Below the pieces are notes generated by a model. The model was not told the DNA's origin and searched no databases. It worked only from the letters and a program-made list of their open reading frames with translations. A DNA stretch of 54,112 nt, counting the filler, from Sphacelaria rigidula (Eukaryota): NCBI GenBank assembly GCA_964200075.2. It is 5 parts of 5 records of this genome, joined end to end, with 100 filler letters (N's around TTAATTAATTAA, not from the genome) between each part and the next. Parts side by side here need not be neighbours in the genome. Positions count along the whole stretch, not along the records: positions 21,687 to 32,429 come from CAXNAA020005992.1; positions 32,530 to 43,271 come from CAXNAA020005993.1; 3 more parts are not named here. One strand, written 5' to 3'. A program made the translations under genes and the position numbers. Of the stretch, positions 24,034 through 34,985 are shown piece after piece; positions within the stretch are counted from its first letter, which is position 1, and the number at the start of each line of letters is the position of its first letter.

Positions 24034-27000
24034 ACCCCCCCCCCCCCCCCCCGCCCCCCCCCCCACACCACACCCCAGCCACAGCGCNNNNNNNNNNTGT
24101 TTTTAAGTTCTTTTATTTTATTATTACTAAATTATAAAACTCCACAAACACGACACAACACACCACCCCGCACCCCCCCCCCCCCCCCCCCCACCCCCCC
24201 CTCCCGCCCCGCGCGCCTCCCGGGGATATCAACTGGTTATCATATGCCAGAGTCAGCAGAATAGCGAGTTCAGGTCCTAACAGCATTGCTTCACTTTCCT
24301 GGTTTCCGTCGTCAAAACCATAAAAACATCAGCCAATGAAACAATAAATGGAATTCAATGAGTTTGGTAATGCTCATGTCATGCTCGATTACGTCTCATC
24401 ACGCGTATAGGGGGATATGACGGGCTGATTCCTGAAGACTGCGGATTCATCCCGAGGAATGGGAAGCGCCGAAATTATGACGAGAAATGAAATAAGGAAA
24501 ATATATATATATATATATATATATCTCCGTACCGTTCGTTGGATCGTTCCTTACCGAAGGGTAGCACTGACCCGACGATGACCGTGATGGAGCAATGATG
24601 AAACAGATGGAAGAAGGTCACCTGCCGCCCGATATCGACAACGATGGGTATATGCACACCAACATGCGACGGAGGAACGCACGGGGGAGGGGGCAGGTAC
24701 CCTGCGTCAAGACGGGATGTTCGCTGTTGATTTTGCAGTCGAACCGACGTCTGCGTTTCTCTGCTCGTAGTCTTTTGTTCCTGCCGTGTTGTTGCATGGG
24801 CTGTCAGGTAGACTACCTCCGGTGCCGATACTGTAAAGGTTTGCCGCAACTCAGATACACCCGGACCAGAAACCGTGATTCTTCTCCTGTACGCATACTT
24901 TGCTCTCAGACACACAAAACGAGTGAAATATCGGGTTGGAATATGTCGACTACCGAGCAATGCTACGGTAGGGGTACACTTTTTTCGCGAAATATTGTCT
25001 GGTTCAGGGGCTCCTAACGATTCTAGATGCACAAGAATATGGGTCGGGGCATCCCCGTTTGCAACTTCATTCGGGATATCCTCAGCACATTGAAGTAGTA
25101 ATCCTGGCGTACTTTTACGTATTTTCGTAAGTGGTGTTCTGCATGAGGTCAAGGACTCCTGACAATTCTAACCTCAGAAAATATTTGTGCAACCCTACCG
25201 TAGCATCACTCTACCCAGAATAAAACCACACACGCATTTTCGGTGCATTGCTCACCCACGCTCATCAATTAAAGAGATCGGCATACCGAGATCAGAAGGC
25301 ACACTCCAACTCGTACACCTACCTGCACAGCCGGACCCCCCACCCGCATGCACTCCACACCCTGCACAATAGAATACGTCGTCAAAAACGTTTGTGCCTA
25401 CGGTATGGAATCTATTGGCGATTGCTGAAGACGCAACAGTCGATACTGTACGCAGTTTCCATTGTCATTGTCCGGGGTGTAATGGACTCGCACCTGCTTG
25501 AAAGACCGTCGCAGCAAGAACAGAAAGGTGTCCACCAGCTCCAGATACTTCTGCAGGTAGAACACGGCGAACACCTGAGCCACGCGCTGCCCCTCCGAGT
25601 CCAACCGCAGTGGATTGCACACGAACCCGCCTCCGTGCATCCCGCCCCTTGATGTAATCTTGAAGAATAGCAGACTGCACGCCACGAAGAGCGAGATGAA
25701 CACGTTCAGCGAGTTGTACGCCAGCATCAAGGCCCGCAGCAGACGCACTGGTTTGGTCCGTCTCTGTCGCGAGGGGTGGGGCAGGGGATAGGGGATGAAG
25801 GGCGGTGAGGTGTGTATGTGTGGGGGTGTGGGGGTGGTGTACTCATGATCTTGCATGCCGTAGTCATTTGACCATTGACCTCGCATCCCTACAAAGCCGG
25901 CACGGAGCACGCCGGGTTTTCGCCGGACCACCCTCGCAATCAATCACCAAGGGCGAAGCGCTGTGATGTGTTCGGCGAGTCGTATGGGGGGGGCTGCATG
26001 CTGCCAAGATTGTTCGGTCCGAAGCGTACTGATCATCTTGCATTTTGATGACAGCCTACAATGAGCTGCTTCATTTTCTGGTATCGCCACTTCCAGAAAC
26101 AGCCACGGGTTATGCACTACGTAGTACGGTCCGGAGTTGAGGTTCGCCCACGCCGCAAAACATATCTAGCTCTGTGTGGGGGGGGGGCTGAATGATCAAC
26201 ATTCTTCGAATACCATTCACATTCAACAGTACATAGTTGAGACAGGGGGGAGGTGGGTCGGGGGCATTGGGTTTTAAGCGGGCTTGATCCGGTTTGCGCC
26301 ATGATCCCACTAGTGTATCGCACTTATTTCAGCGCCAACCAACGCGACAGCAGCGTTACTCCTAAACCAACTACTCCACCCAAAATACATCTCGATCCAG
26401 CGGGCGGTGCGATCCTGGACGAACTCAGGGACTACGCATTGAAGCTGAGGCCTTTGTGGACCTCGAAATTCGCACGCAAGGCTCTAAGTGCAATCGAGAT
26501 CCGCGTATGAAAGTCTGCATGGCGAATGTTGAATCAGGTTCTCAGCGTGAAACACGAAAATGTCGGCCATCGATATTAGACACCACTAAAACACAAAGCA
26601 GCCGTGACGAATGGGCGACGACAGCGAGGGAGGAGGGAGGGGGTTATTATTTCTGTACCTGACTCTCATCCTGTAAAGGGGAATATATCTGGGTGACTGA
26701 TGACAAGCTATACTTGAAAGCAGGGGGGCAATGGAAAGTGCAGGCACGCAAGCTCACGTCTGGTCGTCGCGTTGAGTGGTCCAAAAACGCTACGATGGTG
26801 GAAACAGACGAGCCGGCAGACTCACTGACATCAACCGTGCAAGTAAACAGCAGCACCCCATATACAAGTAGACAAAAGCGTGAACTAAACTTGCGAGAGG
26901 GCATCGTTCTAAAAGGGAAACCCATAGGAGGGCCAAACGTTTGATGAAATGACCCGCATCCGCCCGCACAGTCTACCGGGCATACAGATATTGGGCATTA

Positions 27001-27662
27001 CATATGGCAACAGCAACCCACCAAAGCGGTTTGATCAGCTACAGAACCGTACTCGTCACTCCATCATGAAAGAGGATTAGGTATACCGTGAAAGACAGGA
27101 CTTGTCTGCCAAGTAGAGCAGACATGCATCTGTTGAGAGTTACCCACGGCGCCAGAAAACCCAACACAGCAGTCTGCTCGGCTTCAATGCCGGCTTCATT
27201 ACACCAGTCTGGAGTACCCCACAAGATGTAAAAGTGAACCTGGTCGTGCTTGAATTTTTGCTGCGCGGTAGACCCGCAAATTTGGGACTCCAGTAGAGGG
27301 CGTGGCAAACCAATTCTTTCACCAAGTGCATCTGTACAGAGTGCGGCAGAGCAGGTTTGACATCATGAGTGGTCTCGGGTACATGTGACTACGGGTGCAT
27401 TCCTCGGGGATAAGTTCATATGAGGCAATCAAACAACGACATAGCTACCTTATCGACGTACCAGCATCCTCAGATACAGCAGTATCACAAGCCCTAGGTA
27501 GAAAAAGTTGGCTCCCAGCAGCAGGGCTTCCTCCGTGTCGACGTTAAATAGGTCCACCACTCTTGTCGACGGCTGCAGGCCACGGTTCACCCGGTTATGA
27601 TACTCCTTCAGGGCGACATCGTAGCTCTGGGATGTCCTTTGATACAAACCCACGAACACCAT
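21869..27662 (-). CDS. ELO: GNS1/SUR4 (ELO) fatty-acid elongase, spliced, 3'-incomplete (227 codons visible in 4 exons)
   Basis: The joined exons give KYLELVDT (KxxExxDT), FFHLFHH (HxxHH box), NSIVHVLVYLHY (NxxxHxxMYxYY-like) and SLQLMQ (TxxQxxQ-like). All introns are GT-AG with consistent phases (0,0,1,0). Confidence 0.93.
23048..23380. repeat. Long foldback (arms ~140 bp, loop ~55 bp) in ELO intron 3
   Basis: agtgcctgttt.gcccttctccgtcgtttcccccc.gaaaagtgggccaggcggatgttgacacctt pairs with 23243-23380. Confidence 0.9.
23994..24210. repeat. Poly-C low-complexity tracts around a 10-N gap (24088-24097)
   Basis: Direct reading; probably low-quality sequence. Confidence 0.9.
24555..24621 (-). CDS. 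ELO: ELO exon 3 (VTFFHLFHHCSITVIVGSVLPF)
   Basis: CAG acceptor, His box, donor GTAAGG at 24554 (phase 1). Confidence 0.93.
24955..25211. mobile_element. Sola-like non-autonomous DNA transposon (257 bp) in ELO intron 2
   Basis: TIR gagcaatgctacggtaggg / ccctaccgtagcatcactc, with an exact 4-bp TSD TACC (24951-54 and 25212-15). GAG...CTC termini with a 4-bp TSD fit the Sola superfamily. Confidence 0.75.
25494..25763 (-). CDS. ELO: ELO exon 2 (RRTKPV...KYLELVDTFLFLLRRSFKQ)
   Basis: CAG acceptor 25766-25764, donor GTGCGA at 25493, 90 codons. Confidence 0.93.
25830..26160 (+). repeat. Dispersed repeat (inverted copy 36060-36435; partial copy ~35865-35920)
   Basis: ggggtggtgtactcatgatc.tgcatgccgtagtcat.tgaccattgacc... 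matches the reverse complement of 36060-36435. Confidence 0.85.
27462..27662 (-). CDS. ELO: ELO exon 1 (MVFVGLY...LYLRML)
   Basis: ATG at 27662, a hydrophobic TM segment typical of an ELO N-terminus, donor GTACGT at 27461, phase 0 matching exon 2. Confidence 0.75.
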
Positions 27663-28645
27663 ATTTCCCCTTACTCTCCTTTTAACTCCTTTCAACACTC
27701 GCTTCTATCTTCGAGCGAGTCTGACCGTAGCGCAGTATCACCCCAGCAGAAAGCACCGCTCTACGCAAATTGTAGTACCCTCCTTTCCCTTCCTGTCCCC
27801 GGCTCGAGAGGTGCTACGGGCCACCGAACGCAGGTGTACTGTCAAGCTTATGATCTCGCTCCTGGGGCTGCTGCTGCAGTCCAGAATATCTTCTTCGAAA
27901 TTACCACAGAGTGCTAATCCTCCCTCCCTATTTCCCTCCTTTTATTTTCTTCACGCTTTAGTCACGCAGGACGCTGGTGGGAAGGGCTGCTCGTGGGCGG
28001 GTAGTCCAAGGCTGCCCCACTGATCGAACTCCAGTGGACTGGCTGTATGTGCTGTAATGTGTGCCCAAACTGTTCCGAAGTATACTGTAGGGTTGCGCTC
28101 CTGCTGCTGCAGCTGCTACTGTATTTAAATTATTGTTGCTGCAGCGCAACAGATCCTGCAGATACACCACGCAGTGCCACCGTTCTTGCTCTTTCCCCCT
28201 CCCTCTCTCGCTGAGCAGGGTGCCGTGTTCCAGTCAAGGGCAGCAGTCCGATAATGCACTACACAGGACAACAGTACGGTGCAGTATGCCAATCCGTATA
28301 GTACCGTGGGCTGCACGATTTGGGTCTGCAACGGCAGTGTAGATTTTCAATTATTCCGCCCTTGCAAACATATAACACCTCTACGACACCCAGAAGAAAT
28401 CTTCCGCCTTCAAACCTCACCCTCCCCCCCCCCTACCCCTGTGGCCTAGAAGTGCGTGATCACACCTCAGAGAACTTTTGATCAGCATACTTTGCGAACG
28501 AAGGAACGGTGATGTGCATGACCTAAATTAACCGTGGTAGATGTGAATTATGACCAACGTCAGTGTGTGTCAATCAAACATGAGTCATGTCGATGTGAAT
28601 GTGTTGAGAGATGAGTTGTGCGTGTAGAGCCACGCGGGCTACACG

Positions 28646-28926
28646 ATGCGCATCGCCATGAGTTCACGCGGACCGCCCTTGTTGAAAATATTCATTTCCA
28701 TGTTCTTGGTCTATTCGTGTCGTAGTGTCATCGCGTTCGGCTTAGTCTGTGGCAGAATGTCGGATCTTTCTAGTAGTGGTACATGTACAAGTAGAGCACC
28801 AGCTCTGCAGCAGCCAAAGAGGGAAAGATTAGCATCACGTCCGACACCACTGGCGGCTTTAGGCGGAGGGAGCAGGCCAGATTTGCGCTGCTTTAACGTT
28901 CGTGGGCAAGATCAGGTGCCTTTTTT
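28646..28926 (+). CDS. Probable first exon of an unknown gene with signal peptide + plastid transit-like leader
   Basis: ATG-initiated 94-codon ORF divergent from ELO. Hydrophobic core LLKIFISMFLVYSC, then VIA-F (ASAF-like cleavage motif), then an S/R/P/A-rich segment. Donor GTGAGT at 28927 (alternative GT at 28916). Downstream exons not found. Confidence 0.45.
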
Positions 28927-29007
28927 GTGAGTAAGTTGTAAACTTGCAGAATGGATGCCCTGGGAATTCTCCATGTTCACTGGTGTCGGGTGCATGTTTA
29001 GCATGTA

Positions 29008-29992
29008 CAAGCTGGGCCGCCCAAGATGCCACCAGGAATGTTGAAACTCGAGTACTGTCTTTAGTGTGCTCAATTTTGGATCGTTTTCGATGAAATTTCG
29101 ACACGATGTACACAGGATGTATGTGCGAATACCCAACCTTTTCCCCTATGTTTTTCTGTTTTTTCCTCCATGAGTTAGTGTCAATTTTCTTCCGAAAATA
29201 ACTGTTCTGAAATGTTCCGTCGCCAATAACTCACGTGGGAAAAAAAACAAAGGGGGAAAGGTTTGGTCTTTGGTCTTCGCACGTACATCCTGTACATCGT
29301 GTCAAAATTTAATCGAAAACGATCCAAAATTGAGCGCACGACTCGCGTCATTCCGTCGACAACTGGTTCCTTTAGTATATGGAGATGGACCAGTTACGAA
29401 TAATTCAAACACATTTTCATGCTGTTCAACTTCAAGCTGTTTTCAATGAAATTTTGACACGATGTACAGGACGTATGTGCGACGACCCCTTCTTACCCCC
29501 CCTGCTTGTTTTTTCTTTCTGCGTGAGTTATTGGTAATTTTGTTCCGGGAAAATGGTTCTGAAATGTTCCGTCGCCAACAACTCACCAAGAAGGGAAAAA
29601 AAACACAGGGGAGGAACGAAGGGGTGTTTGCACATAAGTCCTGTACACCATGTCAAACTTTATCGAAAACGACTAAAAATTGAGCTCGGGAACTGTGCTA
29701 CAGCTTGTGCGGCACCACTTGGCACAGCGGACTGCAACCGAAAATCCAATCTCAGCCATTTTCTTTTGGCTGATTCCGCCGCTCATAGTACCCTCAACTC
29801 GCTACACTTTTGCACTTGACTACAGTTTGGTATTTCGTTTGATCAGACCTTGTCGGATCGCAGGGCTACATGGATTTGAAGACGCGCGCTGATTTGCCGA
29901 TTACCACGATGTGTCACGGTAGGCACAACTCGCGATACATCGTCAGTGAGAACAGGCTGAAGGAAAGTGAGCTTCTCAGGCGGACCAGCCTT
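29008..29992. mobile_element. Tc1/mariner-like non-autonomous element with two internal ~270-bp foldback units
   Basis: TA|caagctgggccgcc ... ggcggaccagcctt|TA. Internal hairpin units at ~29064-29339 and ~29430-29687. Its right end recurs inverted at 32302. Confidence 0.65.
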
Positions 29993-30280
29993 TACTGCAT
30001 CGTACCGTACGGTAGGGTACAGACAGTAGTATCTGGTTGATATATTGTTGGTCTTATTAGGGTTTACGTATACGGATGGTCTTATTTAGTTCGTTGTCAA
30101 CGGGGCTGCTTTTTCAGAGTTTTCAGGCTCTTTCGGAGAAAATTACGTCCTCCCCGAAAAAATTGACAGCAGATTTTTTCAACCAAGTCGAGGAATAGAA
30201 CGACCCTAGCCTACATAGATTTTTACTCGGAAAATCTAGCGTTGGATACTTACGGGACCAATTTGCCTAGAAAAGGTGTA

Positions 30281-32299
30281 CCTTCTCGGTTTTGGCCGAA
30301 GATAAGGACGAAAACTGACCAGAAGGCGAAAACAGCAATACACACAACCTAGACCGTTTTCGCTCCGACGTTTCCACGCACATCAATCGAGGGGCTCCTT
30401 GGCACCCGGGCCTCAAAAAAAAAACAGAAAAAAACGTGTTACTCACGACATAGGGTCATGCACAACAGGACGCCTCGCCTCCAAAAACCATTTCCCCTTT
30501 CAAGGCCACATGTCCACCAGGTATACCTGATCCAGGAGTTATATATAAATCATATCTTATCTGGGCCACCCGTCGGCCGAGAAAGTACCTGTCCTGGGCC
30601 ATCGCTTGTGACACGGTACCTGATACGGCACACTGCGCGCACGGGAGTCCACGCGCCAACTCCAACCATGGCACCCACACATTGGGCTATTTTCCCGCTC
30701 ATTTGCCGTTCACGGACGCCACAACGATCGAGGCTAATTTACCGGCGTTGGGCTACAAATGTCCATGGTTGACACAACTTTACAAGTATCGATACCCCTA
30801 ACCCTAAAGCCCAACCTAACGCATACCCAGAACCCACGGGCAAGGGCGGTACATACACTCCCTAGGCAATGTGTGGCCTTGGTAGACCCCAAATCGGCGC
30901 CTGTGGCGCCGATTTCAACGAAAACGCGTTCTGCGCACGCCAGGAGCACACGGGACTGTCAGTCCTACTAAAATTCCGATTATCGTTGGACACACTCAAA
31001 TCAAGTGATATCAACCATGGACATTTTGTAGCCCAACGCCAGTCAACTCTACTGCAACAATCACACGCCCTTCTCCTCGAGAGTGGTTCCCAATTGTCTC
31101 CGCATCGGCACAAGAGCTGGACTCACAACTCACGACGCATCGGTCTTTCATGCTAGCAGGGGGTTCTGTAACATCGCGCTGTTGTGATCTCGGGGCTGGT
31201 GTCAGGGCCAAGCTGTGCTCTTCCGTCACCAACGGGCGCTCATCACACCATCGACGGTTGGTCTAAGGAACGCATGAGAACCGTCACGTATATATCTAGA
31301 GCCCCCGCCCTCGATAGTCGCTGAACGCACGCACATCCCACCGAGCCCTTGTGAATCGTCCCTAGTAGTACATCAAACAGCTAAAATGACCCGAGCCTCA
31401 CCACACCCATCTTGCCCCCTCCGCTTTTCACTACTACTACTACTACTACTACAATGTAGTGGTTTTGCCTATTTTTTCAGCTTTCCGTCATTCGCATATC
31501 TCGCCGGCGCCAACAACAGTAATATCTACGTGACATAGGACTGAGGACACGATCCGAACTTCCTGCTCGTCGTTGGTGATTGTTACGCACGGTCCAGATA
31601 AATGTGATGTGTGTCTTTCCTGGGTGTTTCTATTGGGCGCATGTTACACCGCAGGGCTAAGCGCTATTGCTGTACTTATCCGTTCCTTATGCCAACCATC
31701 GATGGTGTGATAGCCGTCCATTGGTGACAGAGGAGTATAGCTTGACCCTGACACCAGCCCCAAGATCGCAACAGCACGATTTTACCGAACCCTCCGTGAG
31801 CACATAAGACCGACGCGTCGTGAGTTTAGAGTCCAGTTCTTGTGTCGACGCGGAGACACTCAGGAAAAAAATCCGGGGAGAAAGGCGTGTGATCGTTGCG
31901 GCGTCCGTGAACGGCAAATGGACTGGAAAAGAGCCGAATGTGTGGGCGCCATGGTTGCAGTCGGCGCGTAGACTTCCTTGCGCGCAGTGTGCCGTATCAG
32001 GTATAGTGTAATAAGCGATGGCCCAGATAAGGTATGATTCGAAAATAATTCCTGGATCAGGTATACCTGGTGGACACTTGGCTTAAAAAGGGGAAATGGT
32101 TTCTGGAGGCGAGGCGTCCTTTTGCGCATCGCCGTATGTCGCGAGTAACATGTTTTTTTCTGGGGGTTTTTCGAGGCGCGGGTGCCAAGGAGCCCCCCGA
32201 TTGATGTGCATGAAAACTTCGGAGCGAAAATAATATAAGTTGTGTTTTTTCTCCTTTCTGGTCAGTTTTCGTTCTTGTCTTGGGCCAAAAACGAGAACG
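30281..32299. mobile_element. Large foldback element with ~600-bp inverted arms and TA flanks
   Basis: 30281-31265 is inverted to 31690-32299 (e.g. aggacgcctcgcctcca.aaaccatttcccc). Termini TA|ccttctcg ... cgagaacg|TA. Confidence 0.8.
30730..31053. mobile_element. MULE-like MITE inserted in the left arm of the foldback
   Basis: Inverted ggcgttgggctacaaatgtccatggttga / tcaaccatggacattttgtagcccaacgcc, with a degenerate 9-bp TSD acaacgatc / gcaacaatc. The other arm shows the empty site. Confidence 0.7.
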
Positions 32300-32301
32300 T
32301 A

Positions 32302-32429
32302 CAGGCTGGGCCGCCTAAGAAGCGGACTTTCCTTCAGCCTACTATGACACATCGTGGTAATCTGCAGATCAACGCGCGTCTTTCACGTCACGTAGCACTG
32401 CGATCTGACAAGTTCCCATCAAACGAAAT
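32302..32429. mobile_element. End of another copy of the 29008-29992 family, cut by the gap
   Basis: TA|caggctgggccgcctaagaagcggactttccttcagcc matches the reverse complement of 29955-29992. Confidence 0.65.
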
Positions 32430-32529
32430 NNNNNNNNNNNNNNNNNNNNNNNNNNNNNNNNNNNNNNNNNNNNTTAATTAATTAANNNNNNNNNNNNNNN
32501 NNNNNNNNNNNNNNNNNNNNNNNNNNNNN
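32430..32529. other. Assembly gap with TTAATTAATTAA linker
   Basis: 100-bp N run with linker. Confidence 0.97.
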
Positions 32530-34449
32530 CAAATGAGTACGCCCCCTCCCCCCCCTCCGGGTTATGTTGCCCCCTATATGGAACAAGGATTATTTTGAAC
32601 GCGCCCAACGTTCATGAGCGTGTAACTCCCGAGTGGAGAAAAGAGCCAAAGCTCTCATTATGTGATTCCTCATAGTTCATAGTAGATGGCCAAGACTATG
32701 ACTGTACGTGAGCTTGTACGCAGAGCGGGCTTGGTGCACAATTCTGCAAATATCGCCACGCGCGGCTCAATTATTTCGCGCTGAGACCCAAAGTTCGACA
32801 CTTGATTTGCAAGGTAGCCACAAAAATGTTTTTGGCGTTCCCGATCTCTCTTCACCTCACCGAGACATGCTCCACCTCAATATCTGCTGACCGATTTGAG
32901 TCCGGTTGTCTCGGCGGGAAACAATGGAGAGACTGGCGGCGCTCGACATGTGTTGGTTAATCTCTTTTAAGTAAAGTGCCAAAAGTTCAGGTCCCTACTC
33001 GAAACCGTTAGCAGCGCGTGGCGATGTTGGCGAATCGCCTCGCTGTCGACGGTCTCAGCGTGTATATATTTGGAAGACATAGTCCAACTCTGTAAAGTGG
33101 GCCATGTGCGTGGACGCCGCAGTTCGTACGGCAACCAAGACCTCGGGCGTACGTCTTTCCACGTCTGTCGGACCAATCGACAACTGTTCGTGTCAGACGT
33201 TTTGGGCAGTGTCATGTAGTGTGAACTCTGATATCCACATAGAGTTATCCCAAAGGACATCAGGACAAGGCAGGGGAAAAGGCAGGGTGTTTTTGGGGTG
33301 TTGCTGCCCTGGGTGTTCGTACCCAGTACGTTCGCTGTCGGTACACTAGGCGACGTGAAATAAAGCACTCGGTTATTTCAGCAGTCGATGCCTATGTCTA
33401 CGGGAGTATGGCGTACTCCAAGTACATACTACCCTCACGGAGTGTCTTTGATGAGAACCTTTTGATAAAGTAGTGCTCAACCGAATCTTTGCTTACTCCG
33501 TGTATTGTGTGCGATCTTCCCTTTCTAGGTCCCATGATATAGTCAGTATTGCGACAGTCAAGAGTGCGCACGGTGCCACACTGATTTTAACCCGTACAAT
33601 GTCGATGTCAACCCGAAATGAACCCTTTATCTGCACTTGCACATCGCAATGATGACATTCTGGTAAGCGTAGCACAGAGTAATGTCTGAACCTGAACGGT
33701 ATCGGCATACGGTAGCAACGTTGAACCGTTTCAGGGTTTTGTTTTTGTTCCCGGGCCACTTTTCTCGGTGTATCTATCGATCGACTGTACTGATCCTCAA
33801 GGATGAGTGCATGTGCACGCGACATGTTCCTGGGTGTAGAAGAAATGTATATCAAGATGGAATCGTGATATTTCGGAGAATTACAGATACAAGGGTTATT
33901 TTGTTATCCGGGATTCTACCATGACCCAAATTAAGGTATACCCGACCTGATGCTTGCGGTAAGGATCTACAGACGGCACAAGATTTGGCGTATGCCTCTA
34001 ACTGTTTTTGTCTGGTGTGTCACACCCCCTCGTCCCCCATATTTTCAGTGGTGTTCGGTTTGCTGTTTTGTTCAACCCTCTAAGACGAAAATGGATTTTG
34101 GTCTACATCTTCCCGGCGCGGCCACCTACACTTCCCAATGATGCACCCACGCATGAGATATCCACTAATGCTGCCATGACTTGATCTCCGGACTCGTATA
34201 TGGGGGATAGGCGAGAGACCATAGGTGATATGAAAGAGGGGAAGAGTGGCCATGAGGGAGAACCGGGCCGTTTGCCCGAGCAGCACAGAGCAACTTGACG
34301 AGTGGTGATGGAAGACGTGGGACAGCGACGAGAAAAAGCAGCAACGGTGAACATTGTTCCATGAACGAAGGGCAGCGAAGTGCAAGAGTCCATCTAAGCT
34401 GACCCACTACATGTGTGCTAACCCACCAAGGCTGAGAGTAAGTTCACAC

Positions 34450-34985
34450 TGGAAGCAACTACCAGCCTAGAGGCGAGTATCCAACAGCTCGTCAAACCCG
34501 TCCGGGTTCTGTCCACGACATCAAGTAGAGATTCAAGAGAGGATTCGCGGTTTTTAGAGGGAGGGGAAAGGTTGGTCAGGAGTGGGAGACATGCAGGTCA
34601 AAAACAACCAGGGCAGGGAGGGAGAAGACAGGAGCAACAGCAGCAGCAACAGCAACGGCAAAGATAACGACAGCCGAGCGTAAGCATTCAGTCGACCCCG
34701 AAGAAGACGGCGCAGACAGCACGCATGAGGAAAACAACAACAGCAACAGAAGCACGAGCGAGCAGAGAGAAGCAGGTCGGCATGGAATCTTCACGTACCC
34801 TTTCGATCCGAAAGGAGGCTGGAGGATCTCCAGCCCAAGTAGAGCGATTATGGGGTTGGAGCACCACTTGGGTTGGGGGGAAGTGCTGGCGGTGTGGGGA
34901 AGACGAAAACAAAATAGCAGCAGGAAGTAGCATGCTGGTCATCAAGGCCTTGTCCCGGCACAACGCACGTTTTTCGATTCCGTAG
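34450..34985 (+). pseudogene. Possible retrotransposon gag remnant
   Basis: Purine/CAG-rich low-complexity stretch ending in KCWRCGEDE (half zinc knuckle). Weak. Confidence 0.25.

Noticed and set aside
23912..24264. Poly-proline ORFs
   Set aside because: Translation of poly-C tracts around an N gap within an intron.
27039..27308. ORF with GTPDW as an ELO exon
   Set aside because: Lies in intron 1; exons 1 and 2 already join in frame and no other ELO motif is present.
32660..33860. Possible TPR- or integrase-like minus-strand fragments
   Set aside because: Only faint resemblance (ATLQIKCRTLG), with multiple stops; cannot be supported without a search.
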